From: a virus
IMG/VR virus record: IMGVR_UViG_3300046697_000246
Span: 1-64,000 of that record
Strand: one strand, 5' to 3'
DNA length: 64,000 nucleotides
Shown here: in pieces, positions 58,331 to 64,000 of the stretch
Layout of the letters: every line of letters starts with the position of its first letter
How positions within the stretch are numbered: the stretch's first letter is position 1
Made by a program: the position numbers and the translations under genes
Notes under the pieces: generated by a model
Databases searched by the model: none
What the model saw: the letters and a program-made list of their open reading frames with translations, nothing else
What the model was told of the DNA's origin: nothing

Positions 58331-58590
58331 GGCTCGGCGAGCGCCTCGCGCGCTATGTCGCCAAGTCCGAAACTGCGGATGCTTTGCGATTCTTCGGACT
58401 CGATGATTTCTTCGAGTGCTTTTTTGTAGCGCTTCACATTCTCACCGAGCGCAAAAATTTGTCTGGCATCGGCTCGAATCAGCCTGTCAGATTCAAGCAG
58501 TTCGCCGATGAGTTGCAGTTTTGACACCTTTTTGTATCGTGCGGCGACTGTAATTTGTTCGCCGAATGTTTGTTCGCTCATAGAGTTCAT
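58312..58590 (-). CDS. cassette gene: coiled-coil hypothetical protein
   Basis: YKKALEEI...IAREAL; stop lies inside attC3. Confidence 0.6.
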   Translation of the reverse strand: MNSMSEQTFGEQITVAARYKKVSKLQLIGELLESDRLIRADARQIFALGENVKRYKKALEEIIESEESQSIRSFGLGDIAREALAEPSNASS

Positions 58591-58811
58591 TTGTTCCTTT
58601 TCACGAGGCGTTCAGCCTCGAACTTGGTCAGCCCTATTGCCAGCTTGGTCACTTTTCCGAACTTGGTCACTTTCACCACCATCCAAGCGTTTCCTACCGT
58701 CGAGCATGGTTTTATTTGAAGTTTCATATTTTCAATTCGCCGTCTAACAACCGCATGAAGCCAATGCGGTTGGGCGTCTCTGGTTTGACGGGAAGTCTCT
58801 GGTGATTTCAT
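58587..58811 (-). CDS. cassette gene: hypothetical protein
   Basis: Start inside attC4 loop; ATGA-coupled to the next gene. Confidence 0.55.
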   Translation of the reverse strand: MKSPETSRQTRDAQPHWLHAVVRRRIENMKLQIKPCSTVGNAWMVVKVTKFGKVTKLAIGLTKFEAERLVKRNK

Positions 58812-58847
58812 GGTTTGGTGTCCGCGTCGCTTATGCGGACGTTAGAC
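58742..58847 (+). repeat. attC-like site 4
   Basis: GTCTAAC..CCGCATGAAGC..GCTTATGCGG..GTTAGAC. Confidence 0.9.
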
Positions 58848-58857
58848 GGCTTCAGTA

Positions 58858-59232
58858 TCACCAGTCTATGAGTATCGTGTGTTCACCGGCTTCAAGCAGC
58901 CCTTTGGCATGGAGGTCATTTGCCACCATTTGCAGGTCAGGGTAGAAGTTTCTATCCCACCAAAGTCCCAGGCTGTAGTCCGTTCGCCCATCGGCCAGCG
59001 CTTTTTTTGGATCTCTTGCGAGCCACGCCGCGAAGCTCACGCCCTTTTCTTCATGGTTCACTTTTTCCGGCACAGTTGTTCGCTCGTGGTCACTTGCTTC
59101 GGATGGCACGTCTATTACCACCGTTCCGCGACTCATGCAGCCATCCTGTTGCTGTAGATTGTAGGGGCGTCCGTAGGTTTTCACCACGAGCGCATCCCAT
59201 TCCGACACTTCGATCACTTGTTTTGTTTTCAT
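58858..59232 (-). CDS. cassette gene: conserved-looking phage hypothetical protein
   Basis: YGRPYNLQQQDGC..WWDRNFYP..ANDLH..G..I.IDW. Confidence 0.7.
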   Translation of the reverse strand: MKTKQVIEVSEWDALVVKTYGRPYNLQQQDGCMSRGTVVIDVPSEASDHERTTVPEKVNHEEKGVSFAAWLARDPKKALADGRTDYSLGLWWDRNFYPDLQMVANDLHAKGLLEAGEHTILIDW

Positions 59233-59253
59233 ATTTGTTTATCGCTGTTCGCC

Positions 59254-59352
59254 GTCTAACAACTCACTCCAGCCAACCGGCGTTACGACTTGCCGTCCGC
59301 CTTCGCGGGCGACGCGCCTCGGTCGCCGGTGGCTGAGTTCGAGGCGTTCTCC
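59254..59352 (+). repeat. attC-like site 5
   Basis: GTCTAAC..ACTCCAGCCAACCGGCG..CGCCGGTGGCTGAGT..GTTCTCC. Confidence 0.9.
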
Positions 59353-59576
59353 GGCACGAGTCCTTTGTATTTATGGAGTTGGTAGCGGAGGTGTTGGATT
59401 AGCGCGGCGCAGTTTTTCCCATCATCACCAAAGTCTCGTAAGGCGGCTTCGGCTTGCCACATTTGAGCGGTTGCCTGTGCGATGTGAGACATGACGTGTT
59501 CGCGTGCCGGAGAACAAGTCGCTGCACCCGCAACTGCCGCTGCCCGTTTCCGATTCTTGGCTTTTATTTTGGTCAT
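59283..59576 (-). CDS. cassette gene: hypothetical protein
   Basis: Starts in attC6, stops in attC5. Confidence 0.55.
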   Translation of the reverse strand: MTKIKAKNRKRAAAVAGAATCSPAREHVMSHIAQATAQMWQAEAALRDFGDDGKNCAALIQHLRYQLHKYKGLVPENASNSATGDRGASPAKADGKS

Positions 59577-59636
59577 AAAGTTTCAGTGCCGCCCACGGTC
59601 GCGCTCGGCGGCAGTGGGGTGAGCTTCACGTTCGGC
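59509..59636 (+). repeat. attC-like site 6
   Basis: GGAGAAC..GCTGCACCCGCAACTGCCGC..GCGGCAGTGGGGTGAGC..GTTCGGC. Confidence 0.85.
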
Positions 59637-59640
59637 GTCT

Positions 59641-60288
59641 TCATTTTCGCGCCTCCGGTTTATCGTAGGGCAGTCCGACGAAAGCAAAGACGGCTTCCTC
59701 GGATTCCATCGCTCGCGCTTCGTCACCCCGCGAGAATCCCGCACCGTATGGATTCCATTTCCATCCGCGTTCCTGCGCGGACATGCAGATGCGCGTGTTG
59801 CTGTCCGCCGGGCCGGTTCGGCAGACGAGATAGTTGTGCCAGTTCTCCGCCGTCGCCGCGAAGAAGTCCACGGGCAGCCCGGTGGCACGGTGGCGCATCA
59901 GTTTATTTTTCGCGCCATACATTTCCGATCCGTTCACATTCTTGCGCCGTTCCAGCACGCCGGATTTTTCGAGCGCGGCGATTACTTCGTCCGCGAGATT
60001 TACCGTGATGCTGGCGAACATATCGGCAGGGTCTTGGCGCTCTTCGGTTTTTCCGATGTAGAGGATTTCAGCATCGCCCACGGTGGTCTTTCGCCGGCGC
60101 AGTGAGCCAGCGACGACGAGGCGCTCACAGACTGGCTTGAGCGCCGCGCAGAGTTCCGCAGCCACCTTCATTCCAACGGCGTTGTCGAAGCGAGGTTTCT
60201 GTCCAGACGCCGAACACATCGCTGCACCCGCAATGACTGCTGCGGTCACAGTTTTCGGCGATGGTGGCGTTTTTGGCGCAGCAGTCAT
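59641..60288 (-). CDS. cassette gene: minimal DNA polymerase X (palm and thumb)
   Basis: VAGSLRRRK.TVGDAEIL, PVDFF, RTGP and SEEAVFAFVGLPY..PEAR PolX motifs. Confidence 0.85.
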   Translation of the reverse strand: MTAAPKTPPSPKTVTAAVIAGAAMCSASGQKPRFDNAVGMKVAAELCAALKPVCERLVVAGSLRRRKTTVGDAEILYIGKTEERQDPADMFASITVNLADEVIAALEKSGVLERRKNVNGSEMYGAKNKLMRHRATGLPVDFFAATAENWHNYLVCRTGPADSNTRICMSAQERGWKWNPYGAGFSRGDEARAMESEEAVFAFVGLPYDKPEARK

Positions 60289-60309
60289 GGGGTGAGCTTT
60301 GCGTTCGGC
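60209..60309 (+). repeat. attC-like site 7
   Basis: GCCGAAC..GCTGCACCCGCAATGACTGCTGCG..CGCAGCAGTCATGGGGTGAGC..GTTCGGC. Confidence 0.9.
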
Positions 60310-60527
60310 TGCTTTATTGCTTGGGCATTCCAGTTGCGGCGGGCGGTGTGGCGAGTCCACGCCATTTTTCCGCTCCGACCGCATTTGGGACATAGCAGCC
60401 AGATCAGTCCGCCGCCACCGTCCCATATCGGGAGCGTTCCACAGTTACACGGCAGCAGCCGAACAAGCCTGCCGGAGCCAACCGTGGTTGGCCGTCTCTT
60501 TTTATTCGCTACGGATTTCTTTTTCAT
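60285..60527 (-). CDS. cassette gene: Lar (restriction alleviation)-like zinc finger
   Basis: LLPCNCG...CPKCG...ARRNWN. Confidence 0.65.
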   Translation of the reverse strand: MKKKSVANKKRRPTTVGSGRLVRLLPCNCGTLPIWDGGGGLIWLLCPKCGRSGKMAWTRHTARRNWNAQAIKQPNAKLTP

Positions 60528-60568
60528 AAAGTCTCTAGTCCACGGCGGCGCATCAGGCACCGTTCGGC
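60458..60568 (+). repeat. attC-like site 8
   Basis: GCCGAAC..GCCTG..GCCAACCGTGG..CCACGGCGGC..CAGGC..GTTCGGC. Confidence 0.8.
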
Positions 60569-61095
60569 TTCTGATACACGATCCAGTGTGTTCGGGTGTT
60601 TCCGACCCGCTGACCAAATAGCGGCTTCTGGTCGGTGAGCGACAAAACGGTTGTCAGCTTCACCCGATGTTCATTCCATTTGAAAACGAGCGTTCCCAGA
60701 GGACACAGGACGCGGAAGCATTCACGGAAGCCGGCCGAGATTTCGTTGCGCCAGTCGAGCGGAAGGCTTCCGTATTTCTTTATCGTCCTTCCGTTCGGCC
60801 CGCACCAGGTATGCGGCGGGTCGAATACGACGAGCGCGAAAGTGCAGTCAGGGAATGGCAGTTCCTTGAAGTTTGCCAGCACGTCGGGATTTACGACGAT
60901 GCTTGCCGGTTTCGGGCCGGTGTGGTCTATAAGCGTTTCGCGGCGCTTATCCACGAACAGAGCGCGAGGGTCTGATTTATCAAACCAGAACATCCGACTC
61001 CCGCAGCACGCATCCAGCACAGAAGCCGAACAAGTCCTTGGAGGCAAAGACGCCACGCCTTGCGCTCCATCATTGATTTCAATTTGAGTATTCAT
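60553..61095 (-). CDS. cassette gene: SAM-dependent methyltransferase
   Basis: VLDACCGSRMFWFDK, FDPPH, ECFRVL..GTLVFKWNE. Confidence 0.85.
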   Translation of the reverse strand: MNTQIEINDGAQGVASLPPRTCSASVLDACCGSRMFWFDKSDPRALFVDKRRETLIDHTGPKPASIVVNPDVLANFKELPFPDCTFALVVFDPPHTWCGPNGRTIKKYGSLPLDWRNEISAGFRECFRVLCPLGTLVFKWNEHRVKLTTVLSLTDQKPLFGQRVGNTRTHWIVYQKPNGA

Positions 61096-61146
61096 TTTAC
61101 GTTCGAGGCGGCGCTGTCGGCGTCTTGCCTCAAGTCTGCGTTCGGC
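61025..61146 (+). repeat. attC-like site 9
   Basis: GCCGAAC..CTTGGAGGCAAAGACGCC..GGCGTCTTGCCTCAAG..GTTCGGC. Confidence 0.9.
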
Positions 61147-61544
61147 GAAATGAATTGCACCGGCAGCCCCATCTCGTTTGCGATGGCGATTTCACCCGCA
61201 ACGCCTTTTGATTCCTTCCAGCCGTCGAGTGTCAGCACGATCATCGCGCAGCACGCGGCGAGGATGGCGCGGTCATACGCCTGCCAGTATTCCCACCCCA
61301 GAGGCAGATCACCGGCCAGCGCAATTGGATGCGTGTGGCTGATAGGCGAGTAGATGTGCATTCCCTTCCGCATCAGTTCCGCCGCCGCCGCGTTGACGGC
61401 TCGGAAGCGTCCTTCCCGCACCGATGCGTCTGGGTGCGAGTATGGGGTTGCGAGATATACGAGCGTTTTCGCCGAACAAGCGGATGCAGGCAACAGCCGC
61501 TGGCCATCTGGTTTTTCAAGTGTTGATTCCATATTCAAAGTCAT
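61092..61544 (-). CDS. cassette gene: DUF1937 / nucleoside deoxyribosyltransferase-like protein
   Basis: VYLATPYSH, YSPISHTH, GWKESKGV.GEI. Confidence 0.8.
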   Translation of the reverse strand: MTLNMESTLEKPDGQRLLPASACSAKTLVYLATPYSHPDASVREGRFRAVNAAAAELMRKGMHIYSPISHTHPIALAGDLPLGWEYWQAYDRAILAACCAMIVLTLDGWKESKGVAGEIAIANEMGLPVQFISPNADLRQDADSAASNVK

Positions 61545-61583
61545 TTGGTCTTCGGCGGCTGTGCCTGATCCGCAGCGTTCGGC
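61471..61583 (+). repeat. attC-like site 10
   Basis: GCCGAAC..GCGGATGCAGGCAACAGCCGC..GCGGCTGTGCCTGATCCGC..GTTCGGC. Confidence 0.9.
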
Positions 61584-61590
61584 GGCATTT

Positions 61591-61839
61591 TCATTCGATG
61601 CAAACAATACGCTCGGAGCCGCATTCAGGACACACGAGTTTCCCGCCGGCCACGCATGGCATTCGTTCCTCTCCGCAGTTATGGCAGCCGTGATATTTTC
61701 CGCAGGCTTGTTCTACGCTCAACGTTGCCGCCGAACAAACCGTTGCAGATAATTCGCTCTGCGCCTTCTGTTCTCGCTGCTCTCGTCGGCGAGCAACGCG
61801 CGCATACACGAGGATGGATGTTGGGTCAAAGTCGCTCAT
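61591..61839 (-). CDS. cassette gene: small zinc-ribbon protein
   Basis: CHNC...CPECGS; starts in attC11. Confidence 0.6.
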   Translation of the reverse strand: MSDFDPTSILVYARVARRREQREQKAQSELSATVCSAATLSVEQACGKYHGCHNCGEERMPCVAGGKLVCPECGSERIVCIE

Positions 61840-61860
61840 ATCTGAACTTTCTCGTTAGCC
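61730..61860 (+). repeat. attC-like site 11
   Basis: GCCGAAC..GTTGCAGATA..TATCTGAAC..GTTAGCC. Confidence 0.75.
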
Positions 61861-62144
61861 ATCGGTTCGACATCCACGCCTTTCATTCCAAGAAACGCTT
61901 TTCCGTGGATTGGGCATACAAACATATCGAAGTGGTGCTTGTGACTTCGGACGCGCCACTCAGCCTTGTTCTCGCAGAGTTCGCGGTCAGCTATGACCAT
62001 ACACGTCCGCTGGCTAACCCGGCGCTGCTGCGAATCCGTGCCTCGCTTTACGGACAACGGCATCATCACCATTTCGCGGCACCATCCGGCACAGTAGCCG
62101 TCATCCGTCACCAGTTCTTTTTTGCATTTTGGACACGTTCTCAT
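61836..62144 (-). CDS. cassette gene: Cys-rich hypothetical protein
   Basis: CPKC..CAGWC..CPIH; starts in attC12, stops in attC11. Confidence 0.6.
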   Translation of the reverse strand: MRTCPKCKKELVTDDGYCAGWCREMVMMPLSVKRGTDSQQRRVSQRTCMVIADRELCENKAEWRVRSHKHHFDMFVCPIHGKAFLGMKGVDVEPMANEKVQI

Positions 62145-62210
62145 ATTCGTTATTTTCCTTTGCGCTCCACATCCGCCGCCGGCACGGATCGCAGAGCTTG
62201 GTCGTTAAGC
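62012..62210 (+). repeat. attC-like site 12 (199 bp, expanded coding loop)
   Basis: GGCTAAC..CTGCGAATCCGTGCC..GGCACGGATCGCAG..GTTAAGC. Confidence 0.8.
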
Positions 62211-62483
62211 CGCTAGCTTCAGTTTGTGGCAGTTTTTTATTTCCTCACAACATTGCGGACAAGTTATCGCTTGCGGTGGGACATTCTCCCAAGCGGATTG
62301 ATCTTGCTCATTTCCGGTCGCAGTTCCATCGAACGCTTGCCCGCAGATGGTAAATTCCGAATTGAGAGCACTTATCCGGTGGACAAATCCATCACCTGTT
62401 TTTCCGAAGCCCGTATTCTTTCGGGGCCGCGGCTTAACCCGTCGCTGCTGCGGACACGGCTTGGCGTCTTGGGATTTGCTCAT
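62205..62483 (-). CDS. cassette gene: zinc-binding hypothetical protein
   Basis: VH...TICG...ITCPQC; stop TAA lies in the core site of attC12. Confidence 0.6.
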   Translation of the reverse strand: MSKSQDAKPCPQQRRVKPRPRKNTGFGKTGDGFVHRISALNSEFTICGQAFDGTATGNEQDQSAWENVPPQAITCPQCCEEIKNCHKLKLAA

Positions 62484-62540
62484 AAGGTTTCTGGTTTGCC
62501 TGCGTCCCCATGTGCCGGGTCGCAGAGCGCGTCGTTCGGC
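62432..62540 (+). repeat. attC-like site 13
   Basis: GCTTAAC..CGCTGCTGCGGACACGGC..GCCGGGTCGCAGAGCG..GTTCGGC. Confidence 0.8.
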
Positions 62541-62795
62541 CTATTCAGTTTTTTCGAGCCATTTCGCATATTTTTGCGCGGCTTCCTTGACGGCTTCTTC
62601 GAGTGTTTCTTTGCTTTTGGATTCACAGTAGCAGTCACCATGTATTGTAACACAGTAGCCACGACCAGCCCCCATTAACTTGAACATCTTGACCTCTTGC
62701 CCATCATCTAGTGCAGGCGCCAACGACTCTTGGCGATTTCCGTTCGATGTTTTTTTCTTCATTGGTTCTTTTGATTGTGATTTTTTAATTTTCAT
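62541..62795 (-). CDS. hypothetical protein
   Basis: ORF ending immediately at the attC13 core site. Confidence 0.5.
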   Translation of the reverse strand: MKIKKSQSKEPMKKKTSNGNRQESLAPALDDGQEVKMFKLMGAGRGYCVTIHGDCYCESKSKETLEEAVKEAAQKYAKWLEKTE

Positions 62796-63789
62796 GCGGA
62801 TCGTTAAAATCTTTTGGCCATTCCCTGATTTGAAGATGTTTCGGAAACTTGCTCATGTCGGTTTCAACTTTGCCGTCCATTGAAACTTGTTTTACCCACA
62901 CCGGAATTCCAGCCTCCAAGCCTTGCTCGACCAGCGACTCAATCCATTCGATCTTGCACTCGCGACGGCGCGGGCCGGACTCGCAGCCGATGATGAGCCA
63001 GTCAATCCCAACACCAAGTGCCCAACCGTCTTGAAACTTGGTCGAACCGGTTTTTACTTTCATCAAATCTACCGGCCCCAGCAGCGGTTCGAGCGAAAGA
63101 CCCCGGCACGCCGCCGGAATCTTGAGCGCATCCCGGACGCGCTTGTCGGCCATCGGCTGATTTTCAACCGAAGTCAGAAGGGTGATATTTTTGTGCGGAT
63201 GGTCGTAGGTAATCCATTCATTCAACCAACCAAGCAATCCACAAATCCATTCGTCGCGTCCCCCGGCATTGTGTTTTTCAGCGAGATAATTCACCGTCGC
63301 CGACATTCGCGGAAAGAAATTCTCCGGCCTCTTGGTGCAGTTGATCAGCGTCACGTCCGGGCATCGGCGTTGAACGTCAAGGAAATGAGCGAAGGTTTCA
63401 ATCGGCCACTTTAAGTCCAAGAAGTCGCTGTTTGAATCGCAGAAGATTTTTCTGATGTGGAAATTCATGCGGCACAAATTGTCGCCATCACCACGGCAAA
63501 AATGGTTCGTAGGCTCTTTGAACGCCTCGCCGCAGTCGTCGCAAATCAGCGGTCGCCGGTTCATCGCCAGCATGGACTTCTCGAAGCCCTTGACCGGCAC
63601 GCGGGCGCCATGCGGCCCCCACGTCTCAACACGTTCCCCGCGCATTCCCGGCCATCTGCCAGATCGCAGCACGCGGGCGGGAGTGTCCATCGCGGCAAAG
63701 CAATTTTTGCAGCCTTCCGAAATGCGGGAACAACCGATTACGCAATTTGAGGATGAGTCCGCCCAGGAAATTGAAGTTTTAGTTGCCAT
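62785..63789 (-). CDS. DUF5131 (phage Gp37/Gp68) family protein
   Basis: ISWAD...GCSRISEGCKNCFA, TKRPEN, TSVENQ, SLEPLLGP, DWLIIGCESG, WVKQ. Confidence 0.85.
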   Translation of the reverse strand: MATKTSISWADSSSNCVIGCSRISEGCKNCFAAMDTPARVLRSGRWPGMRGERVETWGPHGARVPVKGFEKSMLAMNRRPLICDDCGEAFKEPTNHFCRGDGDNLCRMNFHIRKIFCDSNSDFLDLKWPIETFAHFLDVQRRCPDVTLINCTKRPENFFPRMSATVNYLAEKHNAGGRDEWICGLLGWLNEWITYDHPHKNITLLTSVENQPMADKRVRDALKIPAACRGLSLEPLLGPVDLMKVKTGSTKFQDGWALGVGIDWLIIGCESGPRRRECKIEWIESLVEQGLEAGIPVWVKQVSMDGKVETDMSKFPKHLQIREWPKDFNDPHEN

Positions 63790-64000
63790 TTGTAGTGATG
63801 ACCTCATGCCTCAATGAATGCCGGTGTTTTACCGCCCCGATTTCCGACATTGATGTCCTGATGGGCAATGACGCCGGCAATCTTGCCTTCCGAATCCGTC
63901 AGGGCTTGCTTCAATCCCGTCAAATCCCATTCAACCTTGCGGACCAGGTCCGGCCTGGATTTCATCAATTGGAAATCATTGATCTGGTCAATAATCCAGA

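Larger units (their letters stand above)
55818..62540 (+). mobile_element. integron-type gene cassette array (13 attC-like sites, no integrase in window) with antisense genes
   Basis: 13 imperfect hairpins bounded by ..AAC and GTT..; 13 cassette starts are reverse-complementary (8-13 bp) to the left end of the next attC. Confidence 0.9.

Noticed and set aside
60289-60426. N-terminal extension of the PolX ORF as given in the ORF track
   Set aside because: It overlaps the Lar-like gene; ATG 60288 with ATGA coupling is the better start.
56580-62540. CRISPR array, REP elements or terminators as explanation of the repeats
   Set aside because: Repeats differ in sequence and length, are separated by whole genes, lack poly-T tails and show cassette-end complementarity.
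62695-62765. Possible 14th attC site
   Set aside because: GGCGCCAAC and an attC-like N-terminal peptide (SLAPAL) are present, but there is no complement to GTTCGGCCT (62534) and no convincing paired arms; at most a decayed site.
1-64000. Integron integrase or other tyrosine recombinase
   Set aside because: No ORF with the R...HxxR...Y catalytic pattern was recognised in the window.

Overview
The window is most of a tailed dsDNA phage genome with a podovirus-like layout and no tape measure gene. It holds a terminase large subunit divergent from a portal-scaffold-major capsid-adaptor block, multidomain surface proteins (DUF5977, vWA, F5/8C), a nine-gene glycosyltransferase operon, a tail nozzle and minus-strand ejection/polyvalent proteins with an ATP-grasp/HEXXH pair. 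It also holds signal-peptide-bearing fibre-like genes and an early/replication region. The host is tentatively Verrucomicrobiota-like (inference only). The main discovery is at ~55.8-62.6 kb: an integron-type array of 13 attC-like sites inside the phage early operon. The two ends of each of 13 cassettes are perfectly complementary over 8-13 bp, the footprint expected from G|TT crossover shuffling. Unlike normal integrons, every gene is antisense to its attC, many start and stop codons lie inside the attC hairpins, and all 8 genes that read through a junction do so in the same frame (Asn codon at the crossover). No integrase is visible in the window. One cassette carries a promoter, a ~315-nt GNRA-rich structured RNA and an HNH gene. 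All calls were made by eye from motifs; no database searches were run.
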